Shown here: positions 27,463-36,451 of the stretch, piece after piece
Layout of the letters: every line of letters starts with the position of its first letter
Numbering within the stretch: position 1 is the stretch's first letter
Assembly (NCBI GenBank): GCA_949031345.1
Contig: CARNVA010000007.1
Location: 8,768-72,767 of the forward strand
Direction: 5' to 3'
Length of the DNA: 64,000 nt
Source: an uncultured Eubacteriales bacterium
Lineage (GTDB): Bacteria; Bacillota; Clostridia; Christensenellales; UBA1242
The notes under the pieces: model-generated
Seen by the model: only the letters and a program-made list of their open reading frames with translations
Told to the model about the DNA's origin: nothing
The model's database searches: none
Position numbers and translations under genes: made by a program

Positions 27463-28143
27463 CTATTTCTTTTCGCCGCTCCAAATTCCTAAAAACTCTT
27501 TCCGCCATAACAGTTTTAAATTTGCAAGCCCAGAGTTTTCAAGCAGTTTGAAATTATCTTCAAGCGTTTCAGGTTCATCTTCTTCATCCAGCAAGTTCAG
27601 CCATTCTTCAGTCTCTTTTTCATTATAAGTCTTTCTAAGCCACTGTCTTTGAAACTGCTGAAATTGTCTGCATTCATTTTCATCATTGCCCTTAATCAAA
27701 TCGCAGGTGATATATTGCCCGCCCTTCTTTAAATGTTTTGCCACATTTTTAAGAGCAACAAGTTTATTTTCCTGTCCATGTATGTTGTGCACGCCAAAGC
27801 TTGTAATCACAAGGTCAAACTGCTCAAGCCCTTCCATGCCTTTTTCATCACAAATGTCACAGACTAGATAGGAAAAATCATAAGCTTTCATTCGCTCCTT
27901 TGCAATTGCAAGCATCCCAGTAGAAAAATCCACTCCAAAAAATTTTGCTTTTGGAAATCTTTTCGCAACCTTTTCTGTCAAAATTGCTGTTCCACAACAA
28001 ATATCTAAAATTTTAATATCTTGTTTTTCAATCAAAATATTTTCAACAAGATTGTCAAGTGCCTCATCAAAATATATATTTACAGCCCTGCTTGTAAAGT
28101 CATATTCTTCAGCTTCATTATCAAAAGTTGATTTTATATCCAT
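27463..28143 (-). CDS. Class I SAM-dependent methyltransferase
   Basis: Motif I ILDICCGTAILTEK, then FGVDFS and VITSFGVHN. SD AAGGAGAA. Confidence 0.85.
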   Translation of the reverse strand: MDIKSTFDNEAEEYDFTSRAVNIYFDEALDNLVENILIEKQDIKILDICCGTAILTEKVAKRFPKAKFFGVDFSTGMLAIAKERMKAYDFSYLVCDICDEKGMEGLEQFDLVITSFGVHNIHGQENKLVALKNVAKHLKKGGQYITCDLIKGNDENECRQFQQFQRQWLRKTYNEKETEEWLNLLDEEDEPETLEDNFKLLENSGLANLKLLWRKEFLGIWSGEKK

Positions 28144-28173
28144 TGATTTCTCCTTATTTGTGTTTTATTCTTT

Positions 28174-28722
28174 TTACATATTTTTTATAATGTTTAATAT
28201 ATCTGAAAAGCCCTTCACCATCTTGTCAAAAGAAAAGAAATTTTTCATTTGAGGAAGGTGCAAAAATATTATTTTTGGATAGGCCTGTACATTTTCAAGT
28301 TTTGACAAAGCAAAACTATATATATGGTTGCAATATGAATTGCCTGCTTTTTTTGAAAGAACGAAATCTATATTGCAGCCAAAAAGCAGCTTTTGCAGCC
28401 AAACATAATCAAAATTGGTTTGCAATTCTCTTATTTCTCTTTCATTTTCAATCGCCAACTGACTTATATTTTTTTCATCTTTTAAACAATCGTCAATGCC
28501 CTTTCTAGCCACAAGCTCTATGGAGATTTTGTCTTTTAAAAGAGGTTTTTGTCCAAGCAGTATTATACAACCAAACTCATCAGCTTTTATTGCCCGCTCT
28601 AGTTGCAAGCACGACTTTTCTTTGTCATTGTCAAGATAAAGTTTGAAATCTGGAGTAAGTTCATCCAAAAACAGCTTGCTTGAATTAGTTTTTCCCTTAA
28701 ATGCAGCAACCAATGTTTTCAT
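28174..28722 (-). CDS. Peptidase C15 (pyroglutamyl-peptidase I)-like protein, short divergent form
   Basis: Aligns by eye to Pcp. CIILLGQKPLLKDKISIELVA matches IICVGQAGGRxxITPERVA (Glu). AGNSYCNHIY matches AGTFVCNHLFY (Cys). IIFLHLP matches GFIHIP (His). No clear SD. Confidence 0.5.
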   Translation of the reverse strand: MKTLVAAFKGKTNSSKLFLDELTPDFKLYLDNDKEKSCLQLERAIKADEFGCIILLGQKPLLKDKISIELVARKGIDDCLKDEKNISQLAIENEREIRELQTNFDYVWLQKLLFGCNIDFVLSKKAGNSYCNHIYSFALSKLENVQAYPKIIFLHLPQMKNFFSFDKMVKGFSDILNIIKNM

Positions 28723-28851
28723 ATTTACATAATAACATATTTTAATAAATTTTTAAACAATTTACCTAAACTTTATCAATCAAATATTTCATTTGGATAA
28801 ATTTAAAATGATTTAATATCAAAAACTATATAAAACATATTTCAAGGCAAG

Positions 28852-28876
28852 AAAAAAGCAGAGAACATTCTCCGCT
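28852..28876 (-). terminator. Rho-independent terminator after the AAA ATPase gene
   Basis: Minus strand reads GCGGAGA-ATGT-TCTCTGC followed by TTTTTT. Confidence 0.55.
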
Positions 28877-28883
28877 TTTATGT

Positions 28884-30989
28884 TTAAGCATCAATATTTT
28901 CAAGATCTTCCTCATCTTCCATCTCTTGAAGGAACAATGCATGTTCATCACTTTGTTGAGACCAAATAAGATCATAGTTTGCAAGATTTTCTTCACCAAG
29001 ATTGTCCTTAATGAATTTTCTTACAGCTTTCAACTGATTTGCATCAGCCCATCTAAGTGAAAGCATAAGAGCATACTTTGAGTTTGCATCTTTTGGAAGT
29101 TTGCCTATATCATAAGTCCCCTTAACAATGCTGTCAATTGAAATTGGAGGAATTTTTACAAACGCCAAGAAGTCTCTTGCAAGAGCGTCGCCAACTTTAT
29201 TTTTGATAAGGTTGTAATCAAATTCACCATGACCGGCAAATAAAATATCAGAAACTTGTTCCCAAGAACGAGGGTCAACAGCATGTTCTGGTGGCTCTTC
29301 ACTGTCATAAGGAGTGCAAAGTGCCTTAATGCCTTTTGCTGCAATGAAAGACAAAACTGCTGGATGGACTTTTGGTCTATTTGGGAATTTTTTATGTGGT
29401 TGACCACCCCATTGCAAGAAGCTTTTTACATCAGGCTCCAAATAAATATGAGCATAAAATCTTCTGAAAAGTGGCTCTGGCATATTGTAAGCCGCTGATG
29501 ACTCTTTTGGATTATTTCCTGTTGAAACGATTACGCAGTTGTCTGGAAGTCTGCCCTCTTTGCCATTGATTGAACGCTCAAGGACAATGTCATAAACCAA
29601 GCTTTGCTCATTTTCTTTTACATTTGTAAGCTCGTCGATAAGAAGAACATGGTTTTTCTTAGGCTCTCTCTTACAGATATCCCAAATTTGAGTAAACCAT
29701 GTAGGCTCTATCCAAGAAGAAACTCCATTTTCATAAGCAGTCTTTCCAATAATTTCTTCAGGCAAAATTCCGTTTCTGAGTCTTATCATAACGAAATCTG
29801 GGTCTAATTCTTGAACGCGTCTTGTTTTACCAACACCGCTTGGACCATGAAGCATGAAAGATTGACCTTTTTCAATATAGAAAGCAAGCTGTTCATCAAC
29901 AGTTTTTGGTTTTGTGCTGATTTTAATGCCATAAGGATTGACTTCTTTTGTTTCTACAAGCTCAGTTTCATCTTTGAAAACGATATGTTTGAATGACGCT
30001 TTGCTCTTTTCACCTGAGAAGTCAATGTTTGTTGAAGCCTTATTGTCTTTTTCACCATTTCCGTTGTCAATTACAGAACGAAGGTTTGTTCCGTTTAACA
30101 TACTTCTGATATAAGAGTTTTGCCAAAGAATACCGTTGCTATCATTTTTGTCTATATAGAAAGGAAGTCCACCAATAAGCCCCTCTTCACTGCGCAAGAG
30201 CACTGTGTCGCCTTTGTCAAAAGCGTTTGGATTTAAGCTTGTGCTGTCCCAATTGACAACAACCCATTTAATAGGCTCTACTTTAAACCAATACGCCTTG
30301 CCATCTTCACAAGTTGTGCGATCTGCAAAGAAATTCATATTCTTAGCGCTTTTTGACTCAGCAACCACGCGGACATATCTTTCGCCTTCATAAACATATT
30401 CGTAATCTTTTTCTTCATCTTTCCATGATTTGCCATCCGCGGCTGTCGTTGACCCCATATAATAAGCAGAAGGTTTTGGGCTTTCAGTTTGAAAGAAAAA
30501 CTCAAGTCTTTCAGCAAGCGCATCACTCACTTTAGATTGTGGATATTGCATATCTGGAAAAACAACAGTTTGATATATACCATTGTGTTTTAATACAGCG
30601 CCTGCATTTTTAAGGTCTTTAACTGACACCTGAAAAGCAGGTGCAACAACTAAGCTTGTAACATTCTGGTCGCTATGTGATAAATGGCCTTCTGCGTCAA
30701 CTACTTTTACCGCTCTCTTAGCCTGGTTGAAGCCACCGATTGTGCCTTTAATATAATAATCACTTGTCCAGTATACAGTACCATATTTACCATTCGAACA
30801 TACACAGTTTGGGTTTGTTCTTGCTTGGTTTGCAACGGCATAGTCTGAGGCGGAAATCTGTTTCAATACACCTTGCATATTTGTAACTTGTTCAGCAGAT
30901 AAAACGAAAAATTCATCCTTAGTATTTACAGTTGATTGTTTAAATACCTGCTGTGAGGTCATAATTGACTTTTTAATACTTTTTGCCAT
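28884..30989 (-). CDS. AAA_5/MoxR-like ATPase fused to a ~350-aa N-terminal region of unknown function (701 aa)
   Basis: Walker A LHGPSGVGKT, Walker B VLLIDELTN, VIVSTGNNP and EPLFRRF. No signal peptide. The N-terminal region carries FFVLSAEQV...YWTSD and WQNSYIRSMLNG motifs. Confidence 0.8.
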   Translation of the reverse strand: MAKSIKKSIMTSQQVFKQSTVNTKDEFFVLSAEQVTNMQGVLKQISASDYAVANQARTNPNCVCSNGKYGTVYWTSDYYIKGTIGGFNQAKRAVKVVDAEGHLSHSDQNVTSLVVAPAFQVSVKDLKNAGAVLKHNGIYQTVVFPDMQYPQSKVSDALAERLEFFFQTESPKPSAYYMGSTTAADGKSWKDEEKDYEYVYEGERYVRVVAESKSAKNMNFFADRTTCEDGKAYWFKVEPIKWVVVNWDSTSLNPNAFDKGDTVLLRSEEGLIGGLPFYIDKNDSNGILWQNSYIRSMLNGTNLRSVIDNGNGEKDNKASTNIDFSGEKSKASFKHIVFKDETELVETKEVNPYGIKISTKPKTVDEQLAFYIEKGQSFMLHGPSGVGKTRRVQELDPDFVMIRLRNGILPEEIIGKTAYENGVSSWIEPTWFTQIWDICKREPKKNHVLLIDELTNVKENEQSLVYDIVLERSINGKEGRLPDNCVIVSTGNNPKESSAAYNMPEPLFRRFYAHIYLEPDVKSFLQWGGQPHKKFPNRPKVHPAVLSFIAAKGIKALCTPYDSEEPPEHAVDPRSWEQVSDILFAGHGEFDYNLIKNKVGDALARDFLAFVKIPPISIDSIVKGTYDIGKLPKDANSKYALMLSLRWADANQLKAVRKFIKDNLGEENLANYDLIWSQQSDEHALFLQEMEDEEDLENIDA

Positions 30990-30999
30990 AATAATCTCC

Positions 31000-31017
31000 T
31001 GTGCTAATTATAGCACA
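31000..31017. promoter_or_regulatory. Perfect 7-bp inverted repeat abutting the SD of the AAA ATPase gene
   Basis: TGTGCTA-ATTA-TAGCACA. On the minus strand it reads TGTGCTATAATTAGCACA, so a TATAAT hexamer spans the 3' end of the left arm and the 4-nt loop. GGAG follows immediately. Confidence 0.35.
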
Positions 31018-31142
31018 ACTTTTTTTAGATTTCAAGATATTTGGTAAAAATAATATAATATTAAAAAACACAAAACATCATTATTCTGCTTGTTTTTTTC
31101 AAGCATTTTGTTGCATTATTCATTGATTTTTTTTCTTTAATC

Positions 31143-31171
31143 TTGAATTTTTTGGATGCTTATGCTATAAT
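31143..31171 (+). promoter_or_regulatory. Promoter of the HAD hydrolase gene
   Basis: TTGAAT, a 17-nt spacer, then TATAAT with an extended TG (TGCTATAAT). Confidence 0.5.
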
Positions 31172-31210
31172 CAACAATAAGAATAATCATATTTTTTACA
31201 AGGGGAAAAA

Positions 31211-31900
31211 ATGAAGGCAATAATTTTCGATTTTGATGGCACTATTACTTATAAAAGCAAAAATATCTGGGACTGGATTTGGACAAATCTTGGCTTTGAC
31301 TTATCTGAGGGCTCTGAATATGACATTCTCGAAAAACGCTATGCCAGTGGCGAAATTTCCTATCAAAAATGGTGTGACATAACCTGTGACATGTTTCGCG
31401 AAAAGGGCTTGAGCAAGCAGATTGTAAAAAGTGCAACCTCTGACACTAAGGTGATAAATGGTTTTGCCCAAACAATAAAAAAGCTTAAAGAAAAAGGGAT
31501 AAAGTTATACATAGTCAGTGGAAGCGTGCTTGAATGCATTGAAAATGTGCTGGGTGAAAACAAAGATTATTTTGACTTTATCGCAGCAAACCATTTTGTA
31601 TTTGATAAGTCTGGACTTATTTCTCGCATTGACGCAACCAAATATGACTATGAAGGAAAGGCTGTCTTTGCCAAAAAAGTCATCAAAAAACTTGGTATAA
31701 AACCTCAAGATGTTTACTTTGTAGGCAATGGCGACAATGATGAATGGGTGTATCAAACAGGTTGCAAAACACTTTGCATAAATCCAGACGGTGCAGATTT
31801 CGCAAATAAAGAAAAATGGACAGGCTGCATCGAACATACTGACAACTTTGAAGACATTCTCTCATTTATTCTTGACTCTTCAATCGAAAATGAAAAATAA
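31211..31900 (+). CDS. HAD-superfamily hydrolase (phosphoserine-phosphatase-like subfamily)
   Basis: Motif I IIFDFDGTIT, motif II YIVSGS, motif III/IV K...FVGNGDNDEW. Confidence 0.85.
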   Translation: MKAIIFDFDGTITYKSKNIWDWIWTNLGFDLSEGSEYDILEKRYASGEISYQKWCDITCDMFREKGLSKQIVKSATSDTKVINGFAQTIKKLKEKGIKLYIVSGSVLECIENVLGENKDYFDFIAANHFVFDKSGLISRIDATKYDYEGKAVFAKKVIKKLGIKPQDVYFVGNGDNDEWVYQTGCKTLCINPDGADFANKEKWTGCIEHTDNFEDILSFILDSSIENEK

Positions 31901-31901
31901 C

Positions 31902-31937
31902 AAAAAAAAGTGGACACTACCCCACTTTTTATTTTTT
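31902..31937 (+). terminator. Rho-independent terminator after the HAD gene
   Basis: AAAAGTGG-ACACTACC-CCACTTTT followed by TATTTTTTT. Confidence 0.6.
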
Positions 31938-32041
31938 TCTTTAATATTCGATAACCAGCAAACACATATTATAAATCAATTAAACCAAAATTTATTTAGG
32001 TTGAAATAAAACTTGTTAATCATGCCAATGTAAAAATCATT

Positions 32042-32641
32042 TTAATCTAAATCATTAAAATTATTTTTGCCTTTGTCATTAAAGCTGTCAGAAGAATCCT
32101 CTTTTTCTAAAAATACTTGACGGAAATATTTTGTAAGCTCTTTATACATTTGCGTATGTTTTAATGGGCTGAATATCTTGATTGAATGATAGTAGTGCTG
32201 AGCAATATTATCTTTTGTTGAATTGAAATTGTTCCAAATTTCCCTTCCCATATATTTCAAATCAAAATAAAGCGACCTCAAATTTGAAAGGCAATCGGCA
32301 CATTTAATCATTTTTGCCTCAATTGGCCCATTTGCCAGCCTTTTTGCATGTTCTTCTTTTCGCTCGACATAAGGCAAGCTTTTAATCTCGCTGACATAAC
32401 TTACTAAGGTGGCAACCTTCTTTCCAAAAAGCCCCTCAATTTCTGCAAGGCTGGTGCCTGTGTCTTCAACTGTGTCATGAAGTATTCCCCCAATCAGCGT
32501 CTCCTCATCAGCACCATTCTCTCTTAAAATTTGCATAACCTCATAAATATGCACAATATATGGGAAAGGCGCAACCTTTCTTTTTTGTCTTGCGTGCCTC
32601 TCACTTGCAAATATAATCGCTTCATTAAATTTTTCCGTCAT
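32042..32641 (-). CDS. HD-domain (p)ppGpp-hydrolase-type protein (RelA/SpoT hydrolase domain only, about 199 aa)
   Basis: FASERHARQKRK...PYIVHIYEV...GGILHDTVEDTGTSLAEIEGLFGKKVATLV. ATG at 32641 is preceded by AAGGAGAA; the track start at 32674 is unsupported. Confidence 0.85.
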   Translation of the reverse strand: MTEKFNEAIIFASERHARQKRKVAPFPYIVHIYEVMQILRENGADEETLIGGILHDTVEDTGTSLAEIEGLFGKKVATLVSYVSEIKSLPYVERKEEHAKRLANGPIEAKMIKCADCLSNLRSLYFDLKYMGREIWNNFNSTKDNIAQHYYHSIKIFSPLKHTQMYKELTKYFRQVFLEKEDSSDSFNDKGKNNFNDLD

Positions 32642-32656
32642 ATCTTTCTCCTTTAT

Positions 32657-32699
32657 ACTTGCATTATAGCACACAATGTGGTATAAGTAAAATATATAT
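32657..32699 (-). promoter_or_regulatory. Promoter module ATATATATTTTA-N19-TATAATGCAAGT (copy 2), upstream of the HD hydrolase gene
   Basis: ACTTGCATTATA at 32657..32668 and TAAAATATATAT at 32688..32699. The 12-mers and the 19-nt spacing are identical to copy 1. Confidence 0.5.
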
Positions 32700-32726
32700 T
32701 TTTAATGATAATCATAAGAGGTAGTT

Positions 32727-33566
32727 ATGGATTTGTCAAGTAATTTAGATCACTTTCGCATATTTTATATGGTTGCGAGAGAGGGAAACATCACCAAGGC
32801 TGCAGAGAAACTTTATATTTCGCAGCCAGCCGTTTCTATGACGATAAAGAATCTTGAAGAAAATCTTGGCAACAAATTGTTTATAAGAAGCAAGAGAGGA
32901 GTGACCCTTACAAAATTTGGCGAGAAAATCTTCAATAAGGTTGACAGTGCTTTTTTGCAACTCAGCCAAATAGGCGGAATTGTTGAGGAAGAAGACCAAC
33001 TGCTTCGTGGCGAAATTGTGATTGGCTGCGGCTCACATATTGCAAGACAGACACTTGTCGAGCCATTAAAGAAGTTTTTAAATTTTCACCCTCAAATCAA
33101 AATCAAACAAATTGAAGATGTGCAAGCCAAAATGTTTAGCCAGCTTGAAAAGGGCGAAATCGACCTCATCATCTCGCAATACAATGAGATTAAAAACGAG
33201 CTTGTTTTCAAGCCTCTTCACAATCAGCCTTATGCCTTTGTACGCTCTCCAAACGCTGAAACGACAAGGTTTATATCCTTTTCACAGGGCTCTTACGCAC
33301 AAAAGATTTTCAGCCAGTTTATTAAGGACTATCACTATGATGATGTTCCAAACATTCAAGTGTCTGGCTATAACTTTGCAATAGAGCTTGCTTTAAACGG
33401 ACTTGGCACCACCCTTGCGCCTGCATATCTGACTGAAAAATATGTCAAGGCTGGCACTCTTGAGCTGGTATATAGCGATTATCCACTGCCAAATATAAAC
33501 TTTGGTTTTTATTATAATCCCAAACTTTTAAGTCGTGCAGCCAAAGAATTGATTAAAAATTTTTAA
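32727..33566 (+). CDS. LysR-family transcriptional regulator
   Basis: FRIFYMVAREGNITKAAEKLYISQPAVSMTIKNLEENLGNKLFIR plus a substrate-binding domain. SD AGAGG. Confidence 0.9.
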   Translation: MDLSSNLDHFRIFYMVAREGNITKAAEKLYISQPAVSMTIKNLEENLGNKLFIRSKRGVTLTKFGEKIFNKVDSAFLQLSQIGGIVEEEDQLLRGEIVIGCGSHIARQTLVEPLKKFLNFHPQIKIKQIEDVQAKMFSQLEKGEIDLIISQYNEIKNELVFKPLHNQPYAFVRSPNAETTRFISFSQGSYAQKIFSQFIKDYHYDDVPNIQVSGYNFAIELALNGLGTTLAPAYLTEKYVKAGTLELVYSDYPLPNINFGFYYNPKLLSRAAKELIKNF

Positions 33567-33719
33567 AAAAGTGTCAAGCTGTCGAATTTTTTCATATATA
33601 AGCCAATGTTTTGACCTTATTGCAAGAAAAATTCGATAAATTTTTAAGAATTACTATTTACAAACGAAAAAGAATATGATATCATTAAGGTGTAAAAAAA
33701 TCTTCATGTGAGGTGAATT

Positions 33720-34412
33720 ATGAAAAAAAATCCATATTTTATAGACGGAAATGGCGGTTTGAGTAAAGAGCAACTTGCCAATATGAAATTAAACAACTTT
33801 TATTTGTATAAAGCTTTAAATCAAATTTTGAAATCAGTAAGAACAAATGACGCAAAAATTGGTGGTCCACTCCGTGCTTCTCTTCTTACAGGCGAGCTTA
33901 AAAAGAGTGACGCTCTTACTGGAGTTGATACAAACAGACTTGGTGAAAAACTTAAATTTTTGGTTATTGAATTAAGCGACAAAAATCATCCTGAAAAACT
34001 TGAAGCTTTCAAGAAGTCATATCTTTACAACACTGTTATAGAGCCTCTTTCTTCTGGTTACATCCTTGATGAAGACAGAAAATGGTCAAACTATAAGCAC
34101 ACTTCAAATTATGAGCAAGCTTTTAAAAACAAAAATGCTCTTGATGCAGCACTTACCTGCCAAAGAGAAGATGAAAAAGCTCCACTCGGACTTGACTTCT
34201 CAAAAATCATTGACAGTTTTGTAAAAACTGATGAGAAAGGAAACTTCTATTTGGAAGACAGTTATACAATTGAAGAAGAAATTGCAATGGGCGAAGCTGT
34301 AAACGAACAACTTAAAACCTTCAAAAACAACAGCAGATTTAAAGCAAACTATTCAAACCCAAAAGCTGCTTCAAGTGAAAATGAATTTGAAGATGAAGAT
34401 GAATTGGGCTAA
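33720..34412 (+). CDS. Hypothetical protein (230 aa)
   Basis: SD GAGGTG. No TM segment and no recognisable family. The C-terminus is acidic. Confidence 0.6.
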   Translation: MKKNPYFIDGNGGLSKEQLANMKLNNFYLYKALNQILKSVRTNDAKIGGPLRASLLTGELKKSDALTGVDTNRLGEKLKFLVIELSDKNHPEKLEAFKKSYLYNTVIEPLSSGYILDEDRKWSNYKHTSNYEQAFKNKNALDAALTCQREDEKAPLGLDFSKIIDSFVKTDEKGNFYLEDSYTIEEEIAMGEAVNEQLKTFKNNSRFKANYSNPKAASSENEFEDEDELG

Positions 34413-34431
34413 ACAGTACTAAATTGCAAAC

Positions 34432-34463
34432 AAAAAACTCTAAGAAATTTCTTAGAGTTTTTT
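34432..34463. terminator. Bidirectional rho-independent terminator between convergent genes
   Basis: Near-perfect palindrome AAAAAACTCTAAGAAA/TTTCTTAGAGTTTTTT. Confidence 0.75.
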
Positions 34464-34474
34464 ATTTTATATGT

Positions 34475-35899
34475 TTATATCATATCGTTTTCATCTTCAC
34501 TGCTGTTTACTCTTTCGTCTGGTGGTGTAACCTCTGGAATATATGCAGAGCTATCATTTTCTTCCATGTTGCTTTCTATCACTTCAGAAGAAAGGTTTTC
34601 CAAATCATCAACATCATTGTTTAAGTCTTCTTTTCCTGGCTGCTCTTGCTCTTTTGGAGGAGCAGGCTGCTCTTTTTGAATATCCCCTCCGCGCATGAAG
34701 TCATCTTCTATTGCTTTTACAACTTTTGACGCAACTTCGGAAATAACAACGGCTCCCATTTTAAGCAGTCCCAAATCAATATCACTTACATCAACAGGTT
34801 TGATTGCTGATGGTGTATAATAACTGCTTTTCTTTGCCTCTTCTTCCTTCTTTTTAGCGTCTTTTTTGGCGTCTTTTTTCTGCTCTGGCTTTTTCTCTGG
34901 CGGTTTCTTTTGTGCAGCCTTCTTTGCGCCTGCCGCCTTTTTCATGCCATCTTTTGCATCTGAATGAATGGTCTGCATTTCAAGTGGACCTCTTACAGAC
35001 GCCTTGTCAACCTGCTGAAGCATCTTGTTCATATCGCTGACAATCTTTGAAACTTTGACTGGGTCAAGCCCAATTCCTTCAAGGCCGCCAAACTCATCCA
35101 TAACCCTGTCAAGCAAAGCCTTATAGCTTGTATATCTAAATTTTTCATCAACTTCAATATTGCCTTCTGCCAAAAGTTGACGATACCTTGCAAGCACTTC
35201 CGCCCCAATAGGCCCAGAAGCTTCAAGCTCTTTAAGCATGCTCATCAGATAAACCTGAGAAGCCATGTCATAAAGGTCACCCGCAATAAGCTCGAAATCA
35301 AAGGCGTCTTGCATAACCACCGCAAGCTCTGGCACGGCCATATCATCCACCTTAGTCTCAACATCTACAAGATGAAAAGCCTTTCTCAGCTTAACCCTAT
35401 ATTCATCATCATAAATGTCAACGAAATCGGCAACATGAGTGACTATGTATTCATGCCCAAGAAAATTATCGACAAATTCCGACAAGTATAATGAAGCTTT
35501 TGCAGTGCCATCATCAAGCAGTTGTATTCTTATGCTGTAATAGAAATGCTTTTTCATGTAAAGAGCAATGGCTTTGTAATAAAATTCGTTTTGGTCTTCA
35601 ATTTCCTTTTCCATTTTGACAAGGTCTCTTCGAATTTCATCAGCAATTCTGTATTGACCATCGTCGCCAACTCTTCCCACCAGCTTATACTTCATTATCA
35701 TCATTTTCATGCGATATTTATAATAGGTAATAAACTCGGCCTTTGTGACAGTCATATCACTGCCAAAGACATGATAAGGCTGAGGCTGGGCAACTTTGTT
35801 TTCTGCCTGCCCGGCACTCATTTCAAGCTCTTTTTCCTCAGCTTTTTCGCCGCCACCATTTTGTGCGCTGGCAAATTGCTCTATTTCATTTTCAACCAT
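34475..35899 (-). CDS. Hypothetical protein (474 aa) with a Lys/Ala/Pro-rich low-complexity segment and an acidic tail
   Basis: ATG at 35899. Contains KKAAGAKKAAQKKPPEKKPEQKKDAKKDAKKKEEEAKK. No TM segment and no recognisable family. Confidence 0.6.
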   Translation of the reverse strand: MVENEIEQFASAQNGGGEKAEEKELEMSAGQAENKVAQPQPYHVFGSDMTVTKAEFITYYKYRMKMMIMKYKLVGRVGDDGQYRIADEIRRDLVKMEKEIEDQNEFYYKAIALYMKKHFYYSIRIQLLDDGTAKASLYLSEFVDNFLGHEYIVTHVADFVDIYDDEYRVKLRKAFHLVDVETKVDDMAVPELAVVMQDAFDFELIAGDLYDMASQVYLMSMLKELEASGPIGAEVLARYRQLLAEGNIEVDEKFRYTSYKALLDRVMDEFGGLEGIGLDPVKVSKIVSDMNKMLQQVDKASVRGPLEMQTIHSDAKDGMKKAAGAKKAAQKKPPEKKPEQKKDAKKDAKKKEEEAKKSSYYTPSAIKPVDVSDIDLGLLKMGAVVISEVASKVVKAIEDDFMRGGDIQKEQPAPPKEQEQPGKEDLNNDVDDLENLSSEVIESNMEENDSSAYIPEVTPPDERVNSSEDENDMI

Positions 35900-36008
35900 G
35901 ATTTCATTATATATTAAATATCTTCATTTGTCAAAATATATTTTCTATAAACCGCCGATTTTTCTTTCTTTTTCCTTGCTTTCAGCATGCACCCCTTCAC
36001 TAGTGCTG

Positions 36009-36326
36009 TCAGTTTTTCTTTAAATATGACACGCAATATGGTTTTTCTTTGATTGAATTGAGAGTTATGCCATTAGAAACGCACAGTCCATTGTGGTTGA
36101 AAAGACAATCTGCCCTGCACTTTATTTCCAACGCCTTGCTGTCACGCTGTGGAGCATAGTCTGGCACCTTTGTAAACATATCCTTGGTGACATCCTGCAC
36201 CTCTTCTTTATTTTCATCACGCTGATAACTGCTGCATACAACTTCGCCATCCACAAGCACCCTCTCAGCCTTGCATGTAAATCTGTCGTTATATTTGCAC
36301 AGCCCCTTTCTGCATCTAATATCCAT
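36009..36326 (-). CDS. DUF1540-type Cys-rich protein (two repeats)
   Basis: Two copies of the C-x4-C-x-(Y/F)N-x6-8-C pattern (IRCRKGLCKYNDRFTCKAERV and IKCRADCLFNHNGLCVSNGI). ATG at 36326 follows GAGGTG. Confidence 0.7.
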   Translation of the reverse strand: MDIRCRKGLCKYNDRFTCKAERVLVDGEVVCSSYQRDENKEEVQDVTKDMFTKVPDYAPQRDSKALEIKCRADCLFNHNGLCVSNGITLNSIKEKPYCVSYLKKN

Positions 36327-36392
36327 TATCACCTCACAAAATCATTATTGACAATAAACAAAAATTTAATCAATTTGTTTTCTCTTTTTTAT

Positions 36393-36421
36393 TTGACAAA
36401 GAGAGTAATTTTTAATAAACT
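36393..36421 (+). promoter_or_regulatory. Promoter of rplI
   Basis: TTGACA, a 17-nt spacer, then TAAACT. Confidence 0.4.
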
Positions 36422-36451
36422 TAAATTAAAGTAAAATAAAGAGGTGAAATC

